Source: Tubiluchus corallicola
Lineage: Eukaryota > Animalia > Priapulida
Assembly: GCA_030141605.1 (NCBI GenBank)
Contig: JAQGDQ010000825.1
Span: forward strand, 1-64,000
Length of the DNA stretch: 64,000 nucleotides
Direction: 5' to 3'
The notes below the pieces were generated by a model that worked only from the letters and a program-made list of their open reading frames with translations, did no database searches and was not told where the DNA came from. The translations under genes and the position numbers were made by a program. The first letter of the stretch is position 1; every line of letters starts with the position of its first letter. Of the stretch, positions 12,040 to 27,246 are shown piece after piece.

Positions 12040-12423
12040 TCTTCTTCTCAGCTTTTCCCTATTCAGGGTCGCCGTTGTGAATGAGTCTTCTCCACGCATT
12101 CCTGTTGTTGACCATCTCTTCATTTATGTCTTCCCTTCCCACATGATCTTCACCGACTCTTCTTTTCAGGTGTCCATACCATCGCAATCTTGCGAGGCTT
12201 CCACTACTTTTACTGTTCCTCTGATATTATTATTTCTAATTTTATCTCTTCTTGTTATTCCCACCGTCCATCTCAACATCCTCATCTCCACCACACCCAT
12301 TTTCTTCTCTTCGGTCTTCTTTAGAGAAGCTGCTTCCAGCCCATAGATTAGAGCGGGTCTGACCACTTCTTTGTGGACTTTCCCTTTAAGTCTCACCGAC
12401 TCATTCATAAAGGTTTTGGCACA
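12040..12423 (-). mobile_element. 5'-truncated RTE-clade LINE fragment
   Basis: ORF KGKVHKEVVRPALIYGLEA...EMRMLRWTVGITRRDKIRN is typical of the RTE post-RT region; flanked by a GTTCTAAATCTAA duplication. Confidence 0.85.
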
Positions 12424-12938
12424 GTTCTAAATCTAAATCTAAATCTAATCTAATCTGAAAAAAACTAACCAATCCTACAATAGTTACATCTGGGCAGTTT
12501 CAGCACCAGTTACCTCAATACATTGACAGTCCGCAAAATCAGATTGTTAAATTGGTCGGATCTCATTTGTGTCACTGTTGAGTCAGCCAATCTCAATTAC
12601 TACACAATAAGCCTCTCTTATTTGCTGCTCTTATGAAAGATGCTCTAAGAATTTCTCATCATTAGTAAAATGTATAATTTGCTTTGAGCATCCATGTTGC
12701 TGCTACTGTTCACATTTTTACCCCGAACATACCTAAACATGAAATGGTCGCTTATCTCGGGATGTCTGTTTAAAGGCACTTTCATAAACTTGAGCTGCTG
12801 TGGACATTCCCAGTTCAAAGATGTTAATCAAGCACAGAAATTATGCCATATATTACCTGGATGGGTACCACCAGAAGACAAATAGGTACCCTATATATAC
12901 AGTTCTGCGCATGCACGCTCGCTTATTCACATCTGTGT

Positions 12939-12940
<2 letters not shown>

Positions 12941-13008
<68 letters not shown>
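12941..13008. repeat. (AAT)n microsatellite, probably a retroposon tail
   Basis: AAT run followed by CTTTATT (AATAAAG on the minus strand). Confidence 0.85.
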
Positions 13009-13009
<1 letters not shown>

Positions 13010-13114
13010 CTTTATTTAAAGTCGGCGTTTTGGGTAAACAATTAACATTAGCTCAAAGAGCTATTATCGCCAACTGTAAATAACAACCTATAACTACATA
13101 ACAGAGACTATTTT

Positions 13115-13262
13115 TACCCCACTTTTACCCTAAATACCACGCGTCGGCCAGGGCAAAGCGGTACCATTTTTAAAGTCGTTGGTATGACCCGGCCGCTGCT
13201 TCGAACTCACGATCTCCCAGACGGAAAGCAAACGCGTTACCACTAGACTAAACCGTCTGGTT
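13115..13262 (-). mobile_element. tRNA-derived SINE head and core
   Basis: A-box-like TAGTCTAGTGG and B-box-like GAGTTCGAAGC, followed by GGGTCATACCAACGACTTTAAAAATGGTACC, which resembles a widespread metazoan SINE core (from memory). Confidence 0.7.
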
Positions 13263-13415
13263 CGAAAAGGTGTAAGCATGTTTGCTGCCTGTCCACACAG
13301 TAAAACCAAAACGGATGAAGTTAAAACCATCAAACTTGGTAGAGGAACGAGTGTGAACAATCCCATTGCTTTTGGATTGAAAACGTTTAACAGTTCAGGT
13401 CGTGAAGTCCAAAAG

Positions 13416-13937
13416 CAGGGATGAGAATGACAAATTGCAAAAAACTCTGAAGCAGGCCGGGGGTTTTGGGGCCACCTAGGTCCCCAATGGGGTTGAGGGG
13501 CAAAGCCCCCTTGGAGCCAGCAACAAATTGCAATTTTGTGACCATAGAGAGCTTCTAAGTGGACTTAAAATATCAGTTATCTTGTTTCATGCATAGTTTA
13601 AAATTCCCAACTAGCAAGGATACATGATACCTAATTGTCTCAAAAACGCCTAAGTACTGGCTGCTCATATGCAAAAGTATATAAAAACTGTCTGCAATTG
13701 ACTCAAATAACTCCACACAATTGATTCTATATTTTTATACATAGAGATATACACGTGGTTACACTGATGTACGTGATGTAAACAAAGCGACGGCCTGCCA
13801 ACTAGCGGTCAGCTTGTGAAATAATGTACTGGTTCCGTAAAAATTTTCTCAACGAATTTAGGCGATTTACAAAAATGACACTACTGGTCTTCCAAAAACT
13901 CGGAATTCCGGGTATCCGCGGAAAATTCTCATCCCTG
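13416..13937 (+). mobile_element. MITE family C (CAGGGATGAGAAT TIR, 6-bp TSD), copy 1
   Basis: 13-bp TIR; TSD CAAAAG on both sides; homologous to 57455-57917. Confidence 0.88.
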
Positions 13938-14267
13938 CAAAAGTGTCAAAGATTAAAATGGATAAACCTGTAGTCTGCTGGGGATAGATCTGGCAAGACT
14001 TGGAAATCTGAAGATGTGTTTTCTGGTTCAAAAGGTCAAAGGCAGCTACATGATCAGAAAATGTCAAAACAAACTTTTACTTACAGCATTGAGTTCATGT
14101 GAGGGTAATTTTAAACGAGGCCAAAACAAAATATTGATGCATTAAGTAAAGTCAAAAGTTCGTTGTTACAATCATACAGTCATCAACAAGCAAAAAAAAT
14201 GGTGGCAAAACTTCTTGTCGATAAAATGAATCTTTATCAACTGGAATGCAGTTAAATGAGAGCTTAC

Positions 14268-14308
14268 TGTCGTAATTTGTCTACTTCTCTCTGAAAGTCT
14301 CGCTCATC
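14268..14308 (-). CDS. BIN3: BIN3 coding exon 3 (41 bp)
   Basis: TTTTTTTAG/GTAAG bounded; DERDFQREVDKLRQ vs human VERDFEREYGKLQQ. Confidence 0.92.
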
Positions 14309-14342
14309 CTAAAAAAACAAAATTATCGATTATCATAATTAA

Positions 14343-15184
<842 letters not shown>

Positions 15185-15389
15185 AGTGATTTCAGTTTCG
15201 TGAACTACCACGTTTCTAGACATGATTTTACATTACAAATACTAATGAGTTATTTTGAGTTTTTTCCTTTCTTTTAAGGTTTAGACAAAATCTAAAATTA
15301 ACTAACATGCACTGTGCATCTCGAATTTTTTTGTACATGCAACATAAACCAAAAGTGACAATACTACAAATACTATGCCCAATACTTAC

Positions 15390-15438
15390 AGACATGGAAA
15401 TTATGCTCGGCTTTGCAGATGGTTTGCTGAAAGGATTC
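15390..15438 (-). CDS. BIN3: BIN3 coding exon 2 (49 bp)
   Basis: TTTTCAG/GTAAGT bounded; (W)NPFSKPSAKPSIISMS vs human WIPFKIGQPKKQIVPKT. Confidence 0.88.
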
Positions 15439-16385
15439 CTGAAAATTATCAAAAGAACTTTCAGTATTGCAGTGACCCAGTTGGAAGCAATTAAGTAATA
15501 GCACAAGTTATCAGCAGGTACAAACTTTAACTTGTAGGGAATTTCGCTAAGTATCTCGTTGGTCACGTGACCATGGGCACTCACCTGTGCAGATCTGTTT
15601 CTACCTGGGCAAGCGAGTTAGTTGGCAGACGTTAACAGGCTTCTTTAAAAGTAGTTTTTCACAGTATGATAGTGGCATAATTTGTCAGATATGTTGGTGA
15701 ATACTAGATTTGCTTTATGGAGGCATACGATGTAAATAAATACATCATTTTGTATTATTTTGAATCATTATGAACTGATCACTTTGAACATTTTAATTTA
15801 ATGAATGACAATCTTATAAATTTGATAGAACGTCGTATAAATTAGTAAATTACCAAATTAGGTTTATTTACCGCATGATTTTGTGTTTAGTAAAGTCTAG
15901 AACTACAGAATTAGTGATGCAAAAATAGGCAAATCATTACAGATTATAATCAAGTTTATTGGACTGATTGAGCGCAGTTAATTTGATATTTTAGCTTAAT
16001 ATAAAGTTGATTAATTTGATTATCGAACGTAACTATGCTTATAGCAGCATTCAGTTAAATGCAAATTTGTAAAATGGCCTTTTTTATTTCTTAATAGAAA
16101 TGACGTATAAAACACTACAATACTGAGTTGGAATATGGCAGTTACTGATTGTAGTACAGATGTTAAGCGCCCTAACAAGAGCTACTCACAGGTTTCATGA
16201 TTAGCTGTGCACAATGCACACCACGCACAGCCAGAATCCTCTTAGTTAACTACAATATATATTGCACAGCTGACTGTGTAACACTTAACTTGGTCTTGGT
16301 TTAGTACTTGCAAGGTATGTTCAACTGTGGTAAAGTGTGCTGCTTCTATTTGCATTTCAGTCTCATAGTGGAACTACCAAACAAG

Positions 16386-16550
16386 ATATTAGCTGTGGGA
16401 TGCCAAGTGGAGGATCCAGTTAAGCCCACAAACCCAATAAAGCATGGTAATAGTAGATGTCCACTTAAGATATTAGCGGTGGTATGCAAAGTGGAGGATC
16501 CAGTTAAGCCCACAAACCCAACGAAGCATTGTAATAGTAGATGTCCACTT
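16386..16550. repeat. Two-copy tandem duplication of ~80 bp
   Basis: AAGATATTAGC...GTGGAGGATCCAGTTAAGCCCACAAACCCAA...TAATAGTAGATGTCCACTT occurs twice. Confidence 0.8.
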
Positions 16551-16647
16551 GTCTTTCATTTGAGCATTGCTGTTGTAATCAGAAATAGAGTTAAACTTGA
16601 TTAAGAATTAGTTTATATAAAACTGCACCACATGGTTTAGATTAAAT

Positions 16648-17040
16648 CAGGGGTGTGCAAATTATCTGACTAGCCGGGCCACATTAAACTTTCCTGTGGG
16701 CCGTATGCAGTTTGGTCAAGGAGCCAAGTATAGTAGGACCTAATAACGATTTCCGCACATCATTACTACTGCGCTACTACACTCAAGAAACTATTTTAGA
16801 AGTTATTAAAATTTATATTAAAAACCACATATTTCGTCATGTCCGACCAGTGACATTAAGTGACAACGGTCTTGTAATGGTTAATGCCATCCGATCTAGA
16901 GGAAAAAAACTACCCTCTCTATCTTTGCGATATTGGCGCGGACTTCAGCTGGATCGCGTGGGCCGCACTTTCATTACGTTGACTAACCTCTTTGCGGGCC
17001 GCACAAGATCTCTCGGCGGGCTGCAGTTTGCACACCACTG
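16648..17040 (+). mobile_element. hAT (Charlie-like) MITE family A, copy 2
   Basis: CAGGGGTGTGCAAA...TTTGCACACCACTG; perfect 8-bp TSD GATTAAAT. Confidence 0.9.
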
Positions 17041-17083
17041 GATTAAATTATAAACATACTGCTCATTATATGCGAACACTTAC

Positions 17084-17091
17084 CAACTCAT
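17084..17091 (-). CDS. BIN3: BIN3 coding exon 1 (ATG AGT TG|gtaagt); the spliced CDS is 774 bp / 257 aa
   Basis: Gives the N-terminus MSW as in vertebrate BIN3; all ten exons join in frame without internal stops. Confidence 0.82.
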
Positions 17092-17548
17092 TTTAAACTG
17101 CACTCAGTTCTGCATTCAATATCTCAAGAAATAGTATCTCTGTGCTTTTGGCTCAATTGCTGTTTGTGCTTTCAGTGACAGGCACATTACATAAGATCAA
17201 GATCAGTTCTTGAAAAACACAAGCAAATAATTAATTAATGCATTGCAAAATCATGCAACAAACCTACAAATTTCACTAAATTTTTGAAATTAAATGGCCT
17301 GATTTATGGCCAAACTGAAGAAATGTTTAAAAAAATTAAGGCTAGACTCTGGATTTAAACCAAGCAGTTTAATATCTTAAACGACTGCAATGTACGCAAA
17401 GCTTCCTGTCAATCCGTTAATGTAAAGAATTCCTTAAACTCTTCTTAGGTGGTCGATATTAAGTGACGGACAGGTGCATTTTTTGTTTATCAACTCATAC
17501 ATACCAGAATACAAGTCTATAGTCTATAATTACAATAATCAATTAATT

Positions 17549-18189
17549 GTGTGCCTGCAAACCAAACCGTCCATAAGTCGGCATAGTTAAAATTCAAAGT
17601 ACAATTCATCAAAATTTTGGTCTAACGTTAATTTTTTGTTTTTTATAAAAGCAAATGCTAAATATATTGGATTTTTATAGTCTAGCATCAAATTTTCAAG
17701 AAAATGTCCAAAAAAATACTAAAAATTTAATTTTATAACCCTGTGCCCATTTCTCTGCCTAGAAACTAGTATTGCAATTCCAAAAAACTGGTATTTTCAA
17801 ACCCCGTTTAGCTCGTGGAAGCAGTCATTTTGCTTCAGGTTTTTTCTGTTGATAAGCCCAAATCTTCGTCGGGAAGAGCCATCTACTGGATTTAAATATA
17901 ACTTCAATGTGCTTTTGTAAAATCCATAGCAACCACACTTTCGTACGTTGCTAAGTGTTTTGTAGAGATGCGACGAAAAACAATGGCTGACTTTAACAGC
18001 GATTTTCTCAATATTATGTTTTTCACTGCATAGCACCTCAACTTCAACGTGGATTATCTCAGCTTAGAAATAACAATGAGCGACGAGCTTGGTATCAAAG
18101 TGATACTCATGAAACGGAGATTCGGGGTTTGTGAATAACTAGAAAAGCTTAACTGCCGACATATGGATGGTGTTGCTATGCGAGCACAC
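17549..18189. mobile_element. Non-autonomous TIR element family B, copy 2
   Basis: GTGTGCCTGCAAACCAAACCGTCCATAAGTCGGCA ... TGCCGACATATGGATGGTGTTGCTATGCGAGCACAC. Confidence 0.75.
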
Positions 18190-18839
18190 AAACAGTATCA
18201 TCGTAAGCCAGGATAGGGTAAGTTCTAAACTTGAAAATTCTTTCATAATACACAATATTATAACTTTGTTGGATTCCATTTTGATTTGCTAATGATAATT
18301 TCCTTTTACCTTGAGTTGAATTGCATTTTGCTTGATATAATTCTTTTATTATTTGATAATTTTTGTTAGCTTTGAAGAATTTTGTTTTTATTTGATATGA
18401 GATATATTTATTTAATTTTTTGTATTGCATCTTGACATTACTGTTTCTGTTTTACCATAAATTTATGCATACAGTATAACTATACTTTTTATTATTCAAA
18501 ATGTAACCTCATATTCAATTCTCAAGAAATTGTCACTTACTATTTTTCCATCCTTTAAAAATTTGACCAGAATAAGCATACACAATACCATTTCTGCTAC
18601 TTAGTACATAAGTTAATACCAAATCTATTTTTAATACTATAATGGTTTTTTGTATAAAAACACCCAAAAAATGTCATGCGCCTGTAAGTAAACTTGTTTT
18701 TTTAATAAGGGACAGCTGATCAAGTGACCAATAGATCTTTCGCTGCTCCTTCTCAGTTGCAATGAAATGTCAAAATAATTAAGTCGAATTTTAACTGCTA
18801 TTGAGAAAATAAAGTTGAATTGAACGAATTTAAAGTCAG

Positions 18840-19070
18840 CAACTACTAGACACGGCTATGGCAATATCGTGTCAACACTACTTCCGGGTATCGGGCACAG
18901 TAAAACTTGTTACTAAAAGAAAAAAGTAAAATATATTTTTACACTTACTCATGATTCGCAATATGACACATCCAAGTCTTTCAAGAAACAAAATGAACAG
19001 CGAGCGAATGGATCGAAGAGTGCCCGTATTAGAAAATTCGTAGCCTGCAAAAAGTGCTAATTTTTGGTAA
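18840..19070. promoter_or_regulatory. Probable shared head-to-head promoter region of BIN3 and ADO
   Basis: Lies between divergent start codons 17091(-) and 19669(+); ETS/GABP motif ACTTCCGG at 18880-18887; minus-strand GTAAGT donor near 18943-18948 may end a BIN3 5' UTR exon. Confidence 0.4.
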
Positions 19071-19668
19071 TTTTGGAAAATAAAATTTATTCCATTTCAG
19101 GATTAGTTGGTTGTTTCTTGACGTTCAGCATTGTTTTGCAGGTAGACTATCAAAAATTAACGTTATTTGCAAGATAAATTAACGTTTAAGATTTTATTAA
19201 TGAGAATGCTGAATTATATTGTTTGGTCATTGAATTTGAAGTGAGAATTGTTAGCCTACATGCCCGATGGTGTTTGTAGCCTGTACATTGAGCTAGCTGC
19301 TAGCTGACTCCGTTAATGCCGCTTTAGCGAAACTTTTAAAAATGGAGTCGGAGTCGATGATAATGTTCGACCGTTCAACACAAGCTATGCTTTGTTTGTA
19401 AGACTGCCATGACTTTCGCGATCCTAAGTTGTATAATGATACCGTACTCCAGAATCTTCCATATGTAAGATCACATAGCAGAGGCAATCGTATGGAAATT
19501 GTGTTATTTGCGTATCTTTAATTATCTTAGGAGTTCCCCTCCAGGATATGACTCAGTTATTAATTGCCAAGTTCTAGAAGTATGACTGTGAATATTATAT
19601 AACTTGCTATTGTTATAAGTTAACACAGCAACTGGTTCAATATCTATAAGGTTTAATACTATTGAACT

Positions 19669-20430
19669 ATGGACAGGGAAATGAAGTCAATATCAAAAAT
19701 CCAGAAACTTGCATCGCAGGCATTTCGCACTTTTTGCATTCCTGTGAAAGAGCCGATGTTTCTCGATACATTACATGCAACAGCAGCTCTTGCAAATCAG
19801 ATTCAAAAATCTGATGTTAATTTCAGTGGTGATCTAGTCTCCGATGTGACAAAGTGGAAGTATGATCCACGTATTAATCAAGTCCCACCAGTGACATACA
19901 TAAAAATTCTTGATGCAAAGCTATTTTCTGTAGGAATTTTTGTACTGAAAAATGGAGCTCGTCTGCCCCTTCATGACCATCCCGGAATGCACGGCATTAT
20001 AAGAGTCATTCATGGCACTTTGTCTGTTAAAAGTTACACGGAAGTTCCGGTAGAAGTTGCGAAAAGCAAGCTGAACTTAAATTCATCTGTAGACTTAGGG
20101 CGGCTTGGTATAACACCTGTTGTTACAGCTGGAGACGTAAGTGCTACTCCCAGCGACGGTTGTTGCCAGCTTTTTCCAGATGAGGGTAATTACCATGAAG
20201 TGTCAGCAAGAGTTGGTCCTGCTGCGTTTCTTGATGTTCTCGCTCCTCCGTATGATACCGATGTTGGACGCGACTGTCATTATTACACTGAAGTACCGTT
20301 GAAAGAAAGTGCGACAATCAGTGATTCGAGCGGAGTTCTTCTTTTGAAAGAGGTAGAATGTCCTCCCGATTTCTGGTGTGGTAGTGCTCCATATAATGGA
20401 CCTCCGGTAGCAGATGACTGGGAGAATTGA
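19669..20430 (+). CDS. ADO: 2-aminoethanethiol (cysteamine) dioxygenase, intronless CDS, 253 aa
   Basis: PCO_ADO cupin motifs LPLHDHPGMHG, NYHEV, AAFLDVLAPPYD..RDCHYY. Confidence 0.96.
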   Translation: MDREMKSISKIQKLASQAFRTFCIPVKEPMFLDTLHATAALANQIQKSDVNFSGDLVSDVTKWKYDPRINQVPPVTYIKILDAKLFSVGIFVLKNGARLPLHDHPGMHGIIRVIHGTLSVKSYTEVPVEVAKSKLNLNSSVDLGRLGITPVVTAGDVSATPSDGCCQLFPDEGNYHEVSARVGPAAFLDVLAPPYDTDVGRDCHYYTEVPLKESATISDSSGVLLLKEVECPPDFWCGSAPYNGPPVADDWEN

Positions 20431-21157
20431 GGTCAACAACTGCTTCTAAGCATTAATAGAAAAGGAGTCACTATTTTAGTTTGAAAATTGTGGGACTGTG
20501 ATGACTTGTAATTGATGTTACATTGTATGTGTTAATGGATGTTGCAAGTAAAACTATTATAAAATTATTTGGTTGATAAATACAGCTTTCCAATTATTTG
20601 CAAATTTTTGTTTGTGACTGTTTATTTATTTATTTTTTTTAATTTTTTATGGCATGAGCAAACTGTTTATATTGTACATATCAGTAATTTAATGTATTGC
20701 CCGGTATGTAGTGTGTTACACTTTGTGTAATGCCTTGCTAGGAAGTCTCTACATATCCTATTGATTGTCGTTAATGGTTGCAAGAAGTTTGCTAAGTTTA
20801 CCAAAAACTCTAAAAGTTGTATATAGTTATTGTTGTATCAGATAGTATGCGATGTTTGAAGGTGCTATTAGATTTCCACTTTTGATTTTTAGTAAAAGCG
20901 AAAATGATTTATTTTTAGAACAGATGGCCTGTATCTTGCATAGTATCGCAGTTTAGTAGAATTGTTAAATTATTCTAATTGCACAGCAGAACTGCAGCCA
21001 AACTTTTCACTTACTCTTAATCACTTTTATATTATATTAACTGAAGTCACTTAAACTAGTTTAAACGAATGCCATAATTTATCTGTGAAAAATTATGCTG
21101 ATACTTTGATAATCTGTTGAGATGTGATACATTTTCAAATCAGCAAAGTCTGAGGAG

Positions 21158-21645
21158 GTGTGCTTGCAAACCAAAACCGTCCATAAGTCGGTTGTATAGT
21201 AAGCATAATTGTGTCAAATTTCACTAAGGTATAAAATTTACTGTACTGCTCAGCTTCTTGTCAATCCGTTAATGTAAAGAATTCCTTAAACTCTTCTTAG
21301 GTGGTTGATATCAGGTGACGGACAATTGCATTTTTTGTTTATCAACTCATACATACCAGAATACAAGATAGTCTATAATTACAATAATCAATTAATTGTA
21401 TGCCTGCAAACCAAGCTGCCCATAAATCGGCATAGTTAAAATTATGTTATGATGCACCAAAAATGTTGGTCTAACGCTAATTTTTTGTGTTTTTATAAAA
21501 GCAAACGCTGAATATACTGGACTTTTGTCAGCCTTGAAACCAGTACTGCATTTGCAAAAAGCTTGTATTTTCAAACTCCTACAGTAGCTCGTGGAAGCAG
21601 TAATTTTGCTTCGGGTTTTTTCTGTTGATAAGCCCAAATCTTCTT
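21158..21645. mobile_element. Family B TIR element fragments plus a duplicated flank
   Basis: TIR copies at ~21158 and ~21398; 21253-21645 aligns with 17401-17870. Confidence 0.7.
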
Positions 21646-24600
21646 CAGGATTACTTAATAATCTTACTTAATAAAATAGCAGTAAATTGTACTTAATAAT
21701 TGTGGTAGAATTAGACCTTACCAGTTGAGACATTTTATGGATAATCATCTGGGATTAGATTAGTAGTGATTTAGTTTTTCTTTGTCATACTACCAGTTTT
21801 TTCTGTATTCACAATTGAGAATTAAATTAAGCTAAAGTATACAGTTTCATTTTAGTCTGTTGTCTGAATGTACGCCTGAATTTTACAATTTTAAAATTTT
21901 ACTAAGTTGTTAAATTTAATAGGCTTGTTTCTTAGCAGCACAGGACAAAACTGAACTGTTAAAAATAATCGTTAAGTGTAAGAAAGCAGATTAATAATAT
22001 CCATTCTCTTATTGCAAAATCTATGAATAGGGAATGAATACAAAAATTTCAAGTTTTCTGCAAAAAGTGTATGTTTTTAAATATAGTAGTAGATATATTA
22101 CAAAATTTTGTTTTGTGTTTTATTGTTTAATGGCTTATTTTTAATTCATTTTTAGTGCTCACTTGTATATTAGATCAGCAAAAGCACAATGTAAAACACA
22201 TTGAAGAAAAAAGGGTTATTGAATGTGTGATGTGTTTTGTTTCTCTCGAAAGGCTCGTAGAGAAAGAAGTTCTCTTTCGAAAACCAGAAAACACGCCGTA
22301 AAATAAAACTTCTTTATTTTAGCGAGAATTCTATTACACAAAAGTGAAGGAACTTTGAAATGATTACAAATAAACGTAAAATCTGGAAAATGTTTAGGTA
22401 AGTAAATAAATAAGTATAAGTCCGTGCTCTGCTCCCCCCCCCCGTGTCGGCAGCCTGCTTCGCCTTATATAGCGCACTGGAGAAACTTCTCGAAGAAACG
22501 TTCGAGAACAATCCAGACGCTAATGCGGTCATCGGCGGCGGAACATTCTACGGTGTTCTATGCAATTCTGCTTGACGCCAGCGATCTCCACAACAATGTG
22601 TGCAATGCTTGAAAGTTATTTTATCTTCCTTGCTACTTAGGTATTTAAAGGTAGCTAAATTATACCTGAAAGATATTTTGCAATACTTCTAAATGTGGAT
22701 CTGACCGTACAAATTAATGCTTGACCGACCTTGAAAGTTTTTTTTTTGACAATACACCACCTTACCCAAAAAGGTCAGGGACATTCAGAGCTTTTAAAGC
22801 ACCAATCATAAGTATTATTGCTTAGCATAAGTTTTAATTTGTATGCATAATTGCGATACGTGTAGTATACGTAATAAAAAGCTGTTGTTTGCATTTTGAG
22901 ATGCTAATTTTTTCATTTTCGCTCTGTGTTTGAGTTTCTGTTATTTAAATTGAAACTAAAAACTCACAGTCACCTATTTACATTTATAACTAAAAATGGA
23001 AAACTCTGAAATTGTCATTGCTATTAAATTTGAAGCTATGTCCTCTAAGATTTCAAATCTAAATTTTGTTGATGATATTTTACATGTGTTCCATTTTTCT
23101 TGTTGTTAATGCATTTTCGGCGTTCACTAAGAGATGGCGCCAAGCGCATGTGTGTGTGCGCGCGCACTGTCTTGTAATCTGTTTCACGAAAAGCTTGGGA
23201 ATCTCCAGTAAAGATTTCACTTTAGAGGCAAGCCGCAGCTTTTACTTGTCTGTACCCACATGGTAAATATTTATCGTGAATATTGCTGATTTTGCCTGCA
23301 TTTTTAGCACGAAAATCCTCAATTGAAAGTTCTGAGAATCGACTGACAGAAGTTACTGCGTCTGCAAAAATGATTTCGTTTTTTTGTTGTAATGAGAATA
23401 TGTAGAAAAACAACGGAAACGTTCATGTTGTAATGTTACTTCAAACAGTTGTTTATTTTACTCGATGTCCAATGCTTGTAATCGTGCTTTTGTAAGTTAG
23501 TTTTAAAATTATCGATTTTGCTAATCATGCTTTAAACAGTCCCGATAGCAGTAGAAGTGAAGTGCTTCTCTTTATGCATTTCACTTAAGAAAGTGATTAA
23601 TTTTAGGAAAATGGGCAACATTTACTTAGGTTAGTTAGGTTTCCCAAGGTCATTTGCTCTTGCAGTGAGCTCTTTAGGTACTTACGGTAGTAATGCTCAG
23701 GGATTTTAGAAACCAACATATTGCCGTGTTTAATTTATGAAAAGAACGTATTAAATGACCAGCGTATTATAGTGTATTGAGCAGTAAAAACCTTATCATC
23801 TTCGTATTCTAAGTAACTGTGCCTAGTGTACTGAAAATTTCATATAAAAACGTTAGTACAGAAATAAAAACTTGCCATTATTACGATATTGATAATATTA
23901 TTTATTATGAAGTTCTTTTAAATTCCATTGGCTGGTGACAAAACAGATTGCACAAATTGAAGCCACAGGTCATAATAGGAATTTTGTTCTCCTAAAACCT
24001 ACTTAGCCTTACTGTCAAAAATATAATTATACGCTGTATATAATTTGAAATACAAGTCACTGGATAGCATAAACTGTTAAACATTTTCAACAATGAACAA
24101 TACAAATGATACATAGTATGTACTCAAATTTACAGTTTGATAAAATATTTCAATATTAAAACAAACAAGTAAAATTATTATTAATAATTTGTATATAATT
24201 ATAGTGTACACAGCGAAAGAAAACATCTACATAAGTATGTCATGGTGATGATTATAGATGCTGTCAATAGTTTTACATAGCTATTAGCGTGACCTTGTCA
24301 GATTATTAACTGATTTCTACATCCTTATGACTAGGTTTTCTAATTCCAGGAAGTAAATGACTACCGAAATATCTGCTGGTTGCGCATGCGCATTAGCTAT
24401 GTGGCAGTAACCTGCTGCAACTAATCAACAACAGATATTATTAGAACAAAGAACACAATGCGCACCACTAATGTGAAACCATAAGGCTATTAAAAATGCT
24501 CCCGACAGCATGCAGCTATCAACGTCACTAAGTCAATATGACAGCAATCATTGATCCGAAGCCAATACGTCACAGCAGGCGTGCTGACGTCATACGACGT

Positions 24601-24982
24601 ACTAAACACGTGACGAGTATTGAACCAGCGGCGAATAGCCATTAGCTTTCCGCTCTCCGTTACATCATCACGCACCATTAATATAGCTTAAAAAATCTCC
24701 GATGGTAATCAGTGAAAGTAGGAATTGCCGATTGACTTTGCAGGAGGGCCAGTCAGTCAGCCGGATTGGTAACAAAAGTGACACAATAAACGTCATAAAG
24801 TAACAATGATTAAATATAAATATAACATAAAGACTGATACAGAATTTTAAATTTCAAAACCGACAGTTAAAATTAACAATAAAAAGACTAACAGAGTCTA
24901 CAATAATTTTAAAACCGGGTTTTCAAGCACGTACAAAATCACAATGTAATTTTTATGAAAATAAATAACGAATCATATCTAA

Positions 24983-26482
<1,500 letters not shown>

Positions 26483-27179
26483 TTAATTAGTTTACTTTTG
26501 TGTACCTCTCTCTATAAACATCTCAGTAAATAAATTACTTGTGAAACAGTTACCACGATAAATCTAGTACCCTTCGTCGTGCATCAGTTATTAGTAGTAA
26601 CGTCTAAATTAGCAATAAATTTAAACATTATAGCAAAACGCGTTGACTAGTATTATATTACTGTGCTTTTGTTATCATTGTGCTTTCGTTAGTATTGTGT
26701 TTTGTTTTTTTTATTATCGTCCCTACTACGTTTGGTTCTATGCTCAATAAACAGTATTACATTTATAACTACATAAGTAATGATGCCTGGCATTTAAAGG
26801 CCCAGTGTGTTGAAAATGGTTTGCTGTTTTCATGAAAGGTGGCATCACATTACTACGAGCATGGTTGAACGTCACACAACGATATTTAGGCTTGATAAAA
26901 TACCAGGAGAAATGTATTTCAACATATATATATAGTCTATTATTGTATATAGTCTATTATAATTTGCGTGTAACATTATAATGTACATTTTGGTTTAAAT
27001 TTTTCGCACAGTAGTTTTTAGTTTGCACTGGACGCATTTGCCTTTAACAGTTGTGTGAATTTTATTCTCATGCTGCGATGTTCTTTTATGCTTTTATAGT
27101 TATTAATATCGATTTTTATGGCAAATAAAGATTATTATATTAGATTAATAATCTCTATATATATATATATTGCAAATAC

Positions 27180-27246
27180 CTGTGATTGTAACAGCAGAAT
27201 CGCACGCGGTTAGCGGTAAGGTTGTTGGCAAGTTTAAACTGTACAT
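27180..27246 (-). CDS. EGR: Candidate alternative first coding exon of EGR (MYSLNLPTTLPLTACDSAVTIT)
   Basis: ATG preceded by an in-frame TAA, 22 codons plus G, CAG|GTATTT donor, phase 1 compatible with exon 2; lies downstream of a motif-dense promoter-like region. Confidence 0.5.

Noticed and set aside
13180-13262. Functional tRNA gene
   Set aside because: A/B boxes are present but no convincing acceptor stem forms, and the sequence continues into a SINE-like core
22430-22620. Coding-looking stretch ALYSALEKLLEETFENNPDANAV
   Set aside because: Short, interrupted by a stop and without splice context; possibly a decayed transposase but not supportable
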